A stretch of DNA of 64,000 nt from Candidatus Poribacteria bacterium (GCA_965222225.1 CBDCTK010000002.1:2400001-2464000); one strand, 5' to 3'. Positions 20,480 through 31,502 are shown, counted from the first letter of the stretch. Notes: a model not told the origin generated them from the letters alone. Made by a program: numbers and translations.

Positions 20480-21313
20480 CTAAAAACCGTTCTTCAGTTT
20501 CCCCCACGTCGTTGAGAGCTTGTCCCCCGGTTCGACGGCTAGGAATACACCTCGGGCGTTTTGCACGACCTGAGCCGGAGTCAGCGCCTTATCATAAACG
20601 CGCACTAGGGAGAACGAACCGTTGAACGTCCGACGCCGTTCACTATGAGAATTCGCGCCGATGGATATTTCATTGATAGGCAATTTTTCATTCCAATCGA
20701 ATCCTCCTTGGTTGCTAATCTGCTTACCGTCTTGATACGCCACAATCGACTTTTTGTTCTCGCCGACAAGCGTGATCCACGTCCACACATCTTGCTCCAA
20801 CTGAATCTTGATCGCTTCCGGGGCTTGTTTGGTGCCCTTAGCGTGGATCGAGATGCCAAGTTCATCTCCACCGCCGAGTAACCAAAAGCGAATCCCTTGA
20901 GCGCCTTCTGCCGGGCTGTTTTGGAAACCGGCGAAGTGATGTTCCTCCACAAAAAGATTGCCGTTTCGCTTGCAGAGGAACTCAAAAGTCCAGTCCGCCA
21001 GAAACAGTTTAGGATTCTTGTTGACGGGACCGCCGAAGGTTTGTTTTGATGCCTCCGCCGTGTAATACATCGCCTTCCGCTCATTGATGCCGAGGCGTGC
21101 TATTTTGATTGTACCTTCTTCGAGTTTGGGCGCCTTGTCGGCGGCAGACAGCGAACCGCCAGCTTCGCCCAGGTTTTTCCAAGCCTTGGGGTGATCGGAG
21201 TTGTCGGAGGCGTCGAGGAAGAGCACGGCGCCCGGGACAGCGTCGGCGAATGCAATGGTGCACGCCGCTGCCATGATAAGCATTGCGGTGAAGGTTGAAA
21301 TAACGCTTCTCAT
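20480..21313 (-). CDS. Exported LamG/concanavalin-like protein with TTW tail
   Basis: Signal peptide; FLDAS...WKNL; FNGSFSLVRVYDKALT; ends AVEPGDKLSTTWGKLKNGF. Confidence 0.88.
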   Translation of the reverse strand: MRSVISTFTAMLIMAAACTIAFADAVPGAVLFLDASDNSDHPKAWKNLGEAGGSLSAADKAPKLEEGTIKIARLGINERKAMYYTAEASKQTFGGPVNKNPKLFLADWTFEFLCKRNGNLFVEEHHFAGFQNSPAEGAQGIRFWLLGGGDELGISIHAKGTKQAPEAIKIQLEQDVWTWITLVGENKKSIVAYQDGKQISNQGGFDWNEKLPINEISIGANSHSERRRTFNGSFSLVRVYDKALTPAQVVQNARGVFLAVEPGDKLSTTWGKLKNGF

Positions 21314-22082
21314 TTTAATTTTCTCCTATGTTAGGTGTTTCGTGTCAAGATTTTGTATATCAGAATCAGTAGGCTTACGGAGCCTAGTACAAATTGATGC
21401 AGATTCTCAATAGTCGGGATTTGGCTACTTCTTCTCTTGAATGACGAACCCGATTACAGCTAAACTCTAATTATAACAAACGAATAACTGTATCATCAAT
21501 GTTTTCAGCGTTGTGTTCAGGGGAATCGCGTCTGGTTCTAAAGATATAGAGATTTTCAATCATCAAATCACAATGCGTAGGTTGGGTTGAATGCGAATCG
21601 CTATCAAGGACAATATAGGATCTGTTTTCCCATGACACAGCCTTGTGCGGAGACAGATGAAACCCAACACCACAATTCAACGCACGTGTTGATTATCTGT
21701 CGCCCCTCTGGGGCTATTGATGTGAAGTGAATTGGTGTTTCTACACACCTTTCGCCCTTCCAGGGCTTTTGTCGCGAGTACAACGCGCTCCTTCAGAGGA
21801 CATGTTGTGGATGAAGAGTCCATCTTCGATTTGATGGCTGTCGATTCTCCATATCGGATGGGATTGGCATAACGTAAGAATCCGGCGTTGGTTTCTTGAT
21901 GTCAGTTGGGCGGTTTTCTGTTAGAATAGGACATATCCATTGGCTCCGGTCAGGAGGAAATGTAAAGTTGGCTAGATAAACCGAAGAAACCGAGTTTTGA
22001 GGAAAAAACTCGGTTTCTACCCACGATTTCCGCTATTTCTTTGGCAGTCCCTCACTTAACGGTAAAACTAGGAACGTAACGC

Positions 22083-23063
22083 ATGTCGTCATCATTAAAT
22101 CTGCAATTCTCGTCGGCAGCCATACTTGAAGAACCGTTTGACACTCACAAGCCTCGGCTCTCCTTTGACGGGGCGACAGTTGATGAGTGGAGGACGTGGC
22201 GCGAACGGCTACTACCGGAGCTGTGGGAGCGATTCGGTCCCTTCCCCGACAAAGCCGCACCGCTCAAGCCGAAGATTGTCTCAACACAGGCGTTCGACGA
22301 ATTTACACACCACAAGGTGATTTATTCATCCAGAGCGGATGTGCCAATCCCGGCGCACCTGCTAATTCCGCACGGAATCACGGGAAAAACCGCCGCTGTC
22401 CTCTGCATCCACGGTCACGGGCGGGGCGGCAAAGAGGATGTCGCGTTCGGTTCCGGGGAGTACGGCGTTTCGTATGGAAGAGCGCTTGCGGAACGCGGTT
22501 TCATCACGTTATGCCCGGATAACGCGGGAATGGGCGAACGAGCGCACCCTAGCGGAGGCTGTGATTTCCTGTGGCGCCGTCTCAACCTGCTCGGTTACGA
22601 CCTCACGGGATACCGAGTCTACGACCTGATGCGCGGCGTCGATTATCTTCGTAGTTTGTCAGAGGTTGACGGCGATCGAATCGGAAGCGCGGGATTGTCC
22701 GGCGGTTGTTGGCTCGGCATGGTTCACGCCGCGTTGGACGAGCGCGTCAAGGCGGCGGTGCTGAGCGGTTTTTTCACCACGTTCGCACAGACCTCGTGGG
22801 TGGGTCACTGCATCTGCCATCATCCCAAGGGCATCGGCGACGTATGCGAGATGCCGGATATTGCCGGGCTGATTGCGCCGCGTCCAATCTTCGTTGAATG
22901 GGGAACCGAGGACACAAGCCGTCCTGTCCACCCCGCGTTTGAAATGGCGCGAAAGATTTATCGAGCTGCTGGCGCCGCGGAAAGCATCGCGCTCCATGAA
23001 TTTGACGGGGGGCATCTTTTCTCGGGCGAAAAGTCGTTGCCGTGGTTGGTTCGGAAGCTGTAG
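22083..23063 (+). CDS. Alpha/beta hydrolase (dienelactone hydrolase / acetylxylan esterase-like)
   Basis: LCIHGHG, DYLRSLSEVDGDRIG, GLSGG nucleophile elbow, LIAPRP, FDGGH. Confidence 0.88.
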   Translation: MSSSLNLQFSSAAILEEPFDTHKPRLSFDGATVDEWRTWRERLLPELWERFGPFPDKAAPLKPKIVSTQAFDEFTHHKVIYSSRADVPIPAHLLIPHGITGKTAAVLCIHGHGRGGKEDVAFGSGEYGVSYGRALAERGFITLCPDNAGMGERAHPSGGCDFLWRRLNLLGYDLTGYRVYDLMRGVDYLRSLSEVDGDRIGSAGLSGGCWLGMVHAALDERVKAAVLSGFFTTFAQTSWVGHCICHHPKGIGDVCEMPDIAGLIAPRPIFVEWGTEDTSRPVHPAFEMARKIYRAAGAAESIALHEFDGGHLFSGEKSLPWLVRKL

Positions 23064-23218
23064 AGCGAATGAGGAATTGGTTGGGCATAGTTACAACGAT
23101 CTGAAATCTTTCTCAGTAATGAGGTAGCGCAGCTATTACCGGTCATTTGAACCGGGCTTTTCGAGTTTTTGTTGTCACCTGCTAAATACTTGTCGCCGGG
23201 CTGACACTTTCAAAGGCT

Positions 23219-23239
23219 GGTGCGCCGTGCGCACCCTAC
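23219..23239 (-). repeat. REP family GTAGGGTG(C/G)GCA..GC(G/C)CACC
   Basis: Copies at about 23219, 28328, 52152, 55903 and 61215 with compensatory stem changes (GGTGCGC/GCGCACC versus GGTGGGC/GCCCACC). Confidence 0.85.
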
Positions 23240-23288
23240 AAGAATTGGCACTCTCACAGATTGAATAGCGATTGAGAAGGAGGAATCG

Positions 23289-24314
23289 ATGAAAACACAT
23301 CAAATCACCTTTACCGAAAAGAATAGAGCCGAACTGCTTGAAGCCGAAATAGACGACCAACTCGCGCCAAACCAAGCCTTGGTCAAGGGGGAACATTCGG
23401 TCGTGAGCGCGGGAACGGAGGGAGCCGGTTACACGGGACTGGTGCAACAGATGCCGTTCGGAGGAGGCGGCGCCTATCCGATGACCACGGGCTACGGACA
23501 TCTCGGCGAGGTGCTTGAGGTCGGATCCGCTGTCACCATGTGCAAACCGGGCGACCGGGTGCTGAGTTTCTCGAATCACGCTTCTCTGGTGAAAGCGGAC
23601 GCCGCGCGATTCGCGTTACCGACGCCGAAGGACGCCGCCGGGGAGAAGATTGTCTACGCCCGTATGGCGGGCGTTAGCATCACGGCGCTCCGATCGTCTT
23701 CGGTTCAGCCCGGCGACACGGTTCTCGTGATTGGCTTGGGGCTGGTCGGGAATTTCGCGGCACAGCTTTTCCAGATGGCGGGGGCGGAGGTGCTTGCATC
23801 GGAGATTAGTCCGCTCCGAATTGAAATGGCGAAAGCGTGCAACATCAAGCGGATCGTGAATCCAAATGAGGTTGACTTGCACGAGTACGTCATGGACTGG
23901 ACGAAGGGTCAAGGGGTTCATATCGCGGTGGAAGCCATCGGCGTCAGCGAACTCGTGGCTGAGGCAGTGATGTTGACGCGGCGTTACGGTGAAACCATTC
24001 TGCTCGGTAGTCCGCGAGCAAAGGCGGTCTTCGACGCGACACCGATGCTATTGCGAATTCACCTCGAAGCCATCCGTATGATTGGCTCGCTGGAATGGCG
24101 GTGGCCCCCGCACGAAGTGGAACGGTCTAAATACAACATCGTCGACAACTACAGGCAACTGGTCGATTGGATCGCCGCCGACCGAATCGTCGTGGAACCG
24201 TTGCGAACACATACGGCGTCCCCGGCGGATTGCCAGGAGATCTACACCGGTTTGACTACGAAGCGAGATAAATATCTTTCGGCGGTGTTTGATTGGAGCC
24301 GTTTGGATACGTAG
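23289..24314 (+). CDS. Medium-chain dehydrogenase/reductase (zinc-binding dehydrogenase superfamily)
   Basis: SAGTE, GYGHLGEV, PGDRV, Rossmann GLGLVG. Confidence 0.9.
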   Translation: MKTHQITFTEKNRAELLEAEIDDQLAPNQALVKGEHSVVSAGTEGAGYTGLVQQMPFGGGGAYPMTTGYGHLGEVLEVGSAVTMCKPGDRVLSFSNHASLVKADAARFALPTPKDAAGEKIVYARMAGVSITALRSSSVQPGDTVLVIGLGLVGNFAAQLFQMAGAEVLASEISPLRIEMAKACNIKRIVNPNEVDLHEYVMDWTKGQGVHIAVEAIGVSELVAEAVMLTRRYGETILLGSPRAKAVFDATPMLLRIHLEAIRMIGSLEWRWPPHEVERSKYNIVDNYRQLVDWIAADRIVVEPLRTHTASPADCQEIYTGLTTKRDKYLSAVFDWSRLDT

Positions 24315-24467
24315 GCAGTAGGGACTAACGATCTACCGAGCGAACAACTGAAGCGGGGAATGGTAGTAGGCACGCTCCGTCGTGCCGTAATCTGCACAAG
24401 GGATACGGAATGTGCCTACTACTGGCAACTTGGGCTAATTAAAATCCCATTGAAGACGGACCTCTAA

Positions 24468-26789
24468 ATGTCCATACCCTCCCTTATCACAACCTTAGTA
24501 ACCGCACTTGTCGTCGCAGCTGCCCCCGCTGAGGGATTCATCACGGCACGCGATCTGCTTGCGCCGGAGATGTTCCCCGAAGCGAGTTTCGGAATGGCGG
24601 TTGAGACGGTCAAAGACGGAGCCGTAGCACGGGTAACCACGACCGGGGGTATGTTCCGTATCCGCAAAGAGCTAAACGCGATCGAATGTGAGGGACGAAT
24701 TCCTGCGCCGCGTCAGGTCGCCACACTGAAGTTGCCTGCGGGCAGTTTGCAAGGCATCAAACTTGCTCATCACAGCTCGGGCGCGGCTGTTTTTGAGGGA
24801 GAGGGAACAACGCTACGAATTAACGGCGACTCGACCTTGATGGTTGCACCGGGTCAACACGGCGATATCAGGGCAGAACTCTCATTCCCGCCGGATTGCC
24901 ATTTTGGGGCAGGCGGCAACCACAACTTTTTTGATCCCAACGGCGGCATCAGTTTCTTTGACAATGGGGACAGCCCCGACCCGCAATTGGAATTGGAAAG
25001 CACACCCATCACTATAACTTGGGGTTGGCGTGCCGGGTCGGTCTTCTGGAGCGTGGTAAGCCCGCCCAAACCGTTCGACTGGGACGCTAGTTTCCAACAC
25101 TACGCGGGACAGGGATCCAGCCACTTGCGGTACGTTTATCCCTCCGACGGTGAGATTGACGGGGCGTCCAAACAGGCGAGTATTCTATTTTTGCATTCCG
25201 AAATGCTGTTGTGGAAGGCGTGGCAGACAAATCTGACGCCGCGCGACCCCGAAAAGTTGGCGCACGTCATCAAAACCGCCCATGATCGCGGAATGAAGGT
25301 AATTGTTTACACGACGCCGGTGTGGTTTCTAAAGAACACGCCCCGCGAGCGTGAGCAGCAGATTGATCCGACGCCCGGACCGATGGGCACGGTGCCTCAC
25401 TGGGGAAGACCGGACAACGCGGATCTGTTCTTCCAACAAATCTCCCGTGTATTCAAAGAGATGTCGCTCGACGGGTTCTATTTTGATGGAATCTACGGCA
25501 ATCCCGAACATCTCGCGGCGAGTTATCACCTGACCCGTGCGACGCGAGAACTGGTGGGCGACCACGGTATACTGATTTACCACGGAACGGGCGACACACC
25601 CAGCATTGGCGGCAGTCGAACCTACTGTCCTTCGCTGAACGCCTACTACAACTACATCTTGCGTGGCGAGGGCGAAGAGAAAAGGGCGGATCCGGAATAC
25701 GTACGTTATTTCCTGTCCTCGTATAACCTGAGCAACAGCGTCTGTTTATCGCTCTACAAAACCGACGAAATCCCCTCGGCGGATCAGATTGATTTAACGC
25801 TTCGCGCAAATGTGCGTTATCCGATGCCACTTGGTCTGCTGGTTGGGGACAGCCCCGAGAGGGCGCATTTTCAGGAGCACTACTTTTCGCGGCTGACGCC
25901 ATCACTTAAAGCGGAAATCGCGGGAGATCTCGCCCAGCGCACAGGCGCTCTGGAACGCAAACAGACTCGTGCACGAGCGCTCCGACGGCGGCTTGCGGAA
26001 GAACGCGAACTGGGCAAGCATCTTAAGCCGGAAGACTTCGTTGCGCCGAATATGCCGCTCCGGGGCGGATATTGGCGGTTCGGGGAACCGTACGGGCTGG
26101 GAGTGTTCGACAGCAGCGTTCCACAAATCAACGGGATCTTTGACGGCGGAGTCGTCAGGGATAAACCGACCCCTGCGCCATCCGTGCCGCGACTTGGACA
26201 CGTTAACGAGAATTCCATGGAGTTCGACGGCGTCAAGGGTTCATACGTCCGCATAGGTCGAGAGGAAGATCTTAACGTAGGCACGGAGGATTTTACGCTC
26301 GAAGCCTGGATTTATCCGCGAATCGTGAAGAGCGTAGGAAGTATGATGATCGCCGGGAAAAACGTCTCGGGCATAACCGATCCGCCGGATGTCGGTTATG
26401 TGCTAGGGCTATTCCCGCAATTCGGTCACCACAACCCCACGTATAAAGTCCACTTTGAGGGGAGGGACAGCCGCGATCTCACGCGGGTCGGATCCGAGAA
26501 ATCATTTCTTGTCGAAAGCCACGAGTTGGGTTTTGAGGAGTGGCATCACATCGCCGGAGTGCGCGACGATGAGGAAGTCAAACTCTACATTGACGGGATT
26601 CTGGTGGGGACAGCGCCCATCCCTAGACACTGGGACCTCTCCAGTAATCAGTTGTTCACTATCGGAGCGGGCCAAGCCAGCGCTCACGGCACGTTCGTTA
26701 CCAATTTTGACGGTTTAATTGACGAAGTGCGTTTGACAATCGGCGAGGCGCTGTCCCCATCACAATTCCTCAATGCGAAGACGGAGTAA
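24468..26789 (+). CDS. Exported glycoside-hydrolase-like protein with C-terminal LamG domain
   Basis: Signal peptide; AHDRGMKVIVY and LDGFYFDG typical of TIM-barrel GHs; FTLEAWI...WHHIAGV...FDGLIDEVR. Confidence 0.75.
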   Translation: MSIPSLITTLVTALVVAAAPAEGFITARDLLAPEMFPEASFGMAVETVKDGAVARVTTTGGMFRIRKELNAIECEGRIPAPRQVATLKLPAGSLQGIKLAHHSSGAAVFEGEGTTLRINGDSTLMVAPGQHGDIRAELSFPPDCHFGAGGNHNFFDPNGGISFFDNGDSPDPQLELESTPITITWGWRAGSVFWSVVSPPKPFDWDASFQHYAGQGSSHLRYVYPSDGEIDGASKQASILFLHSEMLLWKAWQTNLTPRDPEKLAHVIKTAHDRGMKVIVYTTPVWFLKNTPREREQQIDPTPGPMGTVPHWGRPDNADLFFQQISRVFKEMSLDGFYFDGIYGNPEHLAASYHLTRATRELVGDHGILIYHGTGDTPSIGGSRTYCPSLNAYYNYILRGEGEEKRADPEYVRYFLSSYNLSNSVCLSLYKTDEIPSADQIDLTLRANVRYPMPLGLLVGDSPERAHFQEHYFSRLTPSLKAEIAGDLAQRTGALERKQTRARALRRRLAEERELGKHLKPEDFVAPNMPLRGGYWRFGEPYGLGVFDSSVPQINGIFDGGVVRDKPTPAPSVPRLGHVNENSMEFDGVKGSYVRIGREEDLNVGTEDFTLEAWIYPRIVKSVGSMMIAGKNVSGITDPPDVGYVLGLFPQFGHHNPTYKVHFEGRDSRDLTRVGSEKSFLVESHELGFEEWHHIAGVRDDEEVKLYIDGILVGTAPIPRHWDLSSNQLFTIGAGQASAHGTFVTNFDGLIDEVRLTIGEALSPSQFLNAKTE

Positions 26790-26813
26790 TCGGAGATGGA
26801 GGGCGTGTAGACG

Positions 26814-28253
26814 ATGGACGAGTTGATGCAAAAAGCCCTAGCTGCGGTTGGTGCGGAGGTGCCGAGAGCGGCGCGGGATTCGACGCGCCCCGTCTTTCAC
26901 TTTCGACCGGCGGCGCAGTGGATGAACGATGTCTGCGCGGCGTTTTTCCACGAGGGTTGGTACCACATCTTCTTCCAGTTCAATCCGTGGTCGGATGAGT
27001 GCCGAGGCTGCGGTTGGGGACATGCGCGCAGCAGAGATTTGCTGTATTGGGAATTCCTTCCCCCTGCCCTGCTGCCGTCGGAGGCCACTGGAGACAAGGG
27101 CAACGCTTCGGGAAGCGCCACCTTCAACGCCAACGGCACGCCCATGTTGTTCTTCGGGCGGACGCCAATCGAATATCCCGAACGACCGCGCGAACAGTGG
27201 GCGGCAATGCCGATGGACGACGAACTGATTCGCTGGCGCCGCATTGACATCGGTCTGGCGCCCGGAAAAAGTGGCGTTCCGATAGAGATTGATCCCATCT
27301 GGACGGACATGTTTGTGTTTCGCGCCGAGAAGCGGTGCTTTGCGGTTTTTAAGTCGAGCGACGGCCTCCTCTGCGAGGCGCAGAATGCGGAGCTCACTAC
27401 GTGGAAGGCGGTGGGAAGGATTGACGGTGTCGAGGGGGAGTGTCCGAATCTGTTTCCGCTTGAGGATCGTTACGTGCTCCTCCGTTCGACCTACCCCATC
27501 AGCTATCAGGTTGGCGATTTTGACCCCGAAACCGGGAAGTTCCGCGCCAAGAACGGGAAGACACACATACTGGACTACGCCTACGGCAGCGAACCTCCCG
27601 GTCAGTGGATGCTGAACCATCACAGACCTCGGTCTAAGGGATTCCACCGGGGGCTATACGGCACCACGGCGTTCAACGACCCCGAGGGGCGCTGCATACT
27701 GCTGGGCTGGGTGAGCGGGTTCAAGACCGGGCGCGGCTGGAACGGGTGTATGTCTCTGCCGCGCGTGCTGTCCCTGACGGATGAGGACAGGTTGGTTGGC
27801 GCGCCGTTGCCCGAACTGGCGGAACTACGTGTGGACGACGGAATATCTGTCGAAAACCTAGTCCTCCGCAATGAGACGAAGCGCATTGACGGGGTACAGG
27901 GCGACACGCTTGAAGTGTTCGCTGAAATCGCGCCGCAGGACGCGCACACTTGGGGATTGAAGTTTGCGGAGCCTTCAAGCGCCGACGAATCGCTCGTGAT
28001 TCGCGGGGAGGGCGATTGGTTGAATGTCGCTGGCACCGAGGTGCCGGGAATACGGTTCGGTGAGGGCGGGGCAGTAAAACTCCACATCTTCTTTGACCGA
28101 TCGGTGTTGGAAGTTTTCATCAACGATGGTATCCAAAGCGTGACGCGTGTGGTCTATCCCGATGAAGGGGAGTTGGGGGTGCATCTTTTCGCCGAAGGCG
28201 GCACCGTTATCGTGAAGTCCATGGGGATTTGGGAGATCAATAGTGTCTGGTAG
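26814..28253 (+). CDS. Glycoside hydrolase family 32 protein
   Basis: WMNDV, YHIFFQFNP, WGHARSRDL, ECPN, MSLPR, FFDRSVLEVFINDG. Confidence 0.9.
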   Translation: MDELMQKALAAVGAEVPRAARDSTRPVFHFRPAAQWMNDVCAAFFHEGWYHIFFQFNPWSDECRGCGWGHARSRDLLYWEFLPPALLPSEATGDKGNASGSATFNANGTPMLFFGRTPIEYPERPREQWAAMPMDDELIRWRRIDIGLAPGKSGVPIEIDPIWTDMFVFRAEKRCFAVFKSSDGLLCEAQNAELTTWKAVGRIDGVEGECPNLFPLEDRYVLLRSTYPISYQVGDFDPETGKFRAKNGKTHILDYAYGSEPPGQWMLNHHRPRSKGFHRGLYGTTAFNDPEGRCILLGWVSGFKTGRGWNGCMSLPRVLSLTDEDRLVGAPLPELAELRVDDGISVENLVLRNETKRIDGVQGDTLEVFAEIAPQDAHTWGLKFAEPSSADESLVIRGEGDWLNVAGTEVPGIRFGEGGAVKLHIFFDRSVLEVFINDGIQSVTRVVYPDEGELGVHLFAEGGTVIVKSMGIWEINSVW

Positions 28254-28369
28254 GATCGCCATCATTGTAGGGACAACCTCCTGTGGCTGTCCTAGTGAAT
28301 TGCACAGCACTGGTGCTTTCAAAGGCTGGTGGGCAATGCCCACCCTACATCTCAAGGAAAATATACGCC

Positions 28370-29869
28370 ATGAAGAATGAAAATACGCTAATACCTCAAC
28401 CGTTTCTGGATTGGTACGACATCTGGCCCGGGCAAGCCGGACGCGACGAGCATGGTCGAAGTTGGCTGGAAGCCCCGCCCCAAGGTGTACGTCTGCGGGT
28501 GCAACCGGCGCGGATGTCGGACATCTTTTTTCAGTCCGAACGTCCTTGGGAAGCGGGAGGTTTGGGTCCTAAGGTCATCCTTTTCGACGAGGGTCGCTAC
28601 CGCATGTGGTATGGAGTCGCCGCCTCTCCGGATTTCCACGAGAACTTCGTGTGTTACGCGGAGAGCGATGACGGGTTCGATTGGGTGCGCCCCGAACTGG
28701 GGATTTACGAATTTCACGGGAGCACGGCGAATAACATCGTCTGCGACCAAAACACATTCACTCTGAATGCCGTGTTCGTGGACCCGTCCGCGCCCGCGGC
28801 GGAACGCTACAAGGCAATCAACCCCGACTCGCAATACTATCTGCGCGGCGCGTTGGCGCCCGATACGGGACAAACCAAGCTGAAGATTCGGGAAATCCGG
28901 CGGCGGATGGAGTTGGAAGGGCATACCCCGGCGGAGATTGACGCCGAAGCGGATATTCGCCGAACGATGCGCGGGGCGGTCTCCCCGGACGGACTTCGTT
29001 GGAACGTGCTCGACGAGCCTTTGCTTGACGTGGGTAAAACCATGCTCGACACCCAGAACATCGCCGCTTACGATGAGGATGCGGGCGAGTATGTCGCTTA
29101 CCTTCGCGGGCACTTGGGACGCCGCCGCTGCGTCCGGCGGACGGGCGGCAGAGATTTTGGGGACTGGCATGAACCGCGGATGGTGATGATGCTGGATCCG
29201 CAGGATGAGCCGGACGAGGACATCTACACATCGGCATACTGCCGCTGTCCCGGAAGCAGGAGGCGCCTGATGTTCCCGTCGATTTTTCACCGCCTGGCGG
29301 CGACGCTCGATGTCCATCTCGCAACGAGCCGGGACGGATGGAATTGGAGCCGTCCGGAGCGGAAGCCTATCATTGGCTGCGAAATAGGGGATGAGGTGTA
29401 CGGCTGCGTCTTTGCCCGACCAAATCTGTTGGCGTTGAGAGACACATGGGGGTTGCCCTGTTTCTGCATCGACCAGCGTCACGACACATGGGGTGCCGGA
29501 CCCTACAATCAACAGGATTACCGCTGGGCGTTCTGGAAGCCGGATCGGCTGGTAGCGCTGGCGGCGACGGCAGAGGGTCAATTCACCACCATCAATCGGG
29601 CTTGCGAAGGCGAACAGATGTCTCTTAACTTCCAAACCCGGATCGGGGGATGGGTGAAAGTTGCGCTGGTGCATCCGCCATCCACGCCGCCGACGCCGGT
29701 GACCGAATTGGAAGGATTCGGCATGGATGACTGTGATCCACTGGAAGGGGATGAGGTCTCGAAGGCGGTGACTTGGAATGGGAGTGGCGATCTGTCGTCG
29801 CTGAAGGGACGGGACATCTGCGTGCAGATCCGCATGTCGCGCGCCAAGTTGTTTTCGATTGCGTTTTAA
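28370..29869 (+). CDS. Glycoside-hydrolase-like beta-propeller hypothetical protein
   Basis: YAESDDGFDW, SPDGLRW, DTQN, ATSRDGWNWSR; C-terminal AKLFSIAF; AAGGA RBS before MKNEN. Confidence 0.75.
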   Translation: MKNENTLIPQPFLDWYDIWPGQAGRDEHGRSWLEAPPQGVRLRVQPARMSDIFFQSERPWEAGGLGPKVILFDEGRYRMWYGVAASPDFHENFVCYAESDDGFDWVRPELGIYEFHGSTANNIVCDQNTFTLNAVFVDPSAPAAERYKAINPDSQYYLRGALAPDTGQTKLKIREIRRRMELEGHTPAEIDAEADIRRTMRGAVSPDGLRWNVLDEPLLDVGKTMLDTQNIAAYDEDAGEYVAYLRGHLGRRRCVRRTGGRDFGDWHEPRMVMMLDPQDEPDEDIYTSAYCRCPGSRRRLMFPSIFHRLAATLDVHLATSRDGWNWSRPERKPIIGCEIGDEVYGCVFARPNLLALRDTWGLPCFCIDQRHDTWGAGPYNQQDYRWAFWKPDRLVALAATAEGQFTTINRACEGEQMSLNFQTRIGGWVKVALVHPPSTPPTPVTELEGFGMDDCDPLEGDEVSKAVTWNGSGDLSSLKGRDICVQIRMSRAKLFSIAF

Positions 29870-29984
29870 TTCCTACGTCTATTTTTCTGCCATCGGACAA
29901 TTAGGGAACGCAGATCTGCGTTCCCTACAATCTGAATTGTGCAAATCCTAAATGACCAAAACACCCTAAAAGGGAGATAACGAA

Positions 29985-31274
29985 ATGGCTGATTCCGATG
30001 TCCTCGCCGAGCGAGCCGCTTGTTACCATGATCAGGTTATGGACGTTGCCTGCGGTCCGGGTGGGATACTCATCGCCTTCCCGCGTTTCGATACGCGCAA
30101 GCCGTTCCACGAAGGCGTGACATACCCGGGGCACTGGAACGTGGCGGAAACCATCAAGGGCGCCTGGAGCGCTTACGGACCGAAACCCACCGTCGCCGAA
30201 TTCCTCTACGGCGAGAACACGCTGTGGGCAACCGGCTGGTTCCTGTGGTCGCAGATTTTACGCCACCGCGCAACTGGGCAGCCGGAAGCCCTCGAGACAG
30301 CGCGCAAATGTTTTCGGGATCTGAACTACCTCTTTAAACTATGCGGAGAGTTGGAACCCGGCTTGCTGGGCAAACCGCACGGAGGCCGCGCAGGACCCAA
30401 CACCAGCTTTGACCAATCGGCGTGCCCGGTCGCCTTCTACGCCACCTACGCCCAAGAACTGGCGACACCGGAGGAAAAGGCACAAGCCACCGAAAACTTG
30501 CGGGCGCACGGACATTACTATCTGCGCCGCAACTGGGTGATGAACCTTTTCGGCATTTTGCACCGGATTGTCGAGCCGGTGGCGACGGTGAGTGTCATGA
30601 AATATCTGGCGTGCATGTACGCGGCTTACGAACTCACGGGCGAGACCGAATTTCGGGACGAGGTTTTCAAGCACCTCCGCGAGATTATCCCGATGCTGCC
30701 CTTTCCCACCAACCCGTATCCCACATGCCACAACCTCTATTATTGGGCACTGCTGTGTGATTTCTGGAGCCGCACGGAGATAGGCGACGAGGCTGACTGG
30801 ATTGGTTACATCGGAGAATACTGGAAGGCTGCCCGCACCGCGCGGGACAGCGAGGGGCTAAGCCTCGCCGGTTACTACGACACGGAGGATGGTTCTTTTA
30901 CACCCTATCCCGACCAATGGCTGACGCACGAAGATTCCAAGTCCAACGCGCCGTGGGGCGGTAAGTGGGGCCACGCCCCGGAGAAAGAGGGCGTAAGAAC
31001 GTGGGTATCATCCACCAACATGAACAATCGGGCGCTTTGTTCGGCGATGTTCGCCGCGCTCGGTCTTCTCGCGCGTTCGCACGGCTTTGACGACAATGCG
31101 CACGAACTCGCCCGCCAAACCCTGCTGCGTATGGATGCCGACTCGCTGCGCTGGTGGTGGGATGACGGGAACCTGCCCGACGAACTGAAGGGGCTCCACA
31201 ATATCTTCGCCCCCGAGGTCGCCGGTGTGTGGCAGGTTGCCTACTGGATGGGGGTGTCGCAGGGCGTATGGTAG
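29985..31274 (+). CDS. Hypothetical aromatic-rich helical protein (possible alpha/alpha-barrel glycosidase or lyase fold)
   Basis: 429-aa ORF, GGGAG RBS; motifs ILRHRATG and AAYELTGETEFRD. Confidence 0.7.
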   Translation: MADSDVLAERAACYHDQVMDVACGPGGILIAFPRFDTRKPFHEGVTYPGHWNVAETIKGAWSAYGPKPTVAEFLYGENTLWATGWFLWSQILRHRATGQPEALETARKCFRDLNYLFKLCGELEPGLLGKPHGGRAGPNTSFDQSACPVAFYATYAQELATPEEKAQATENLRAHGHYYLRRNWVMNLFGILHRIVEPVATVSVMKYLACMYAAYELTGETEFRDEVFKHLREIIPMLPFPTNPYPTCHNLYYWALLCDFWSRTEIGDEADWIGYIGEYWKAARTARDSEGLSLAGYYDTEDGSFTPYPDQWLTHEDSKSNAPWGGKWGHAPEKEGVRTWVSSTNMNNRALCSAMFAALGLLARSHGFDDNAHELARQTLLRMDADSLRWWWDDGNLPDELKGLHNIFAPEVAGVWQVAYWMGVSQGVW

Positions 31275-31305
31275 CCTCAGCCAATCAGCAGAGTTACCCA
31301 CGAAG

Positions 31306-31410
31306 GGGAAAGAAAGGGTTGCGAGGAAAACGTATGAACCACGCGCCTTTTCAGGTGTTGGTCTGCCCTATAGAATCACGCCGGATAATGCGGTTCTTTA
31401 CGCGCTTTTT
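31306..31410 (+). pseudogene. Degenerate 5' fragment duplicating the Nudix gene start
   Basis: GAAAGGGTTGCGAGGAAAACGTATG...CCTTTTCAGGT...CCTATAGAATCACGCCGGATAA matches about 33357-33460. Confidence 0.8.
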
Positions 31411-31502
31411 ATAGTAAAACCAATTTGTTATGTATACACTGCGGTAGGTTCGGTTTCCTAACCGAACTGGTGTTTATTCAGTCTCGTAGGTGCGGTTGGA
31501 AA

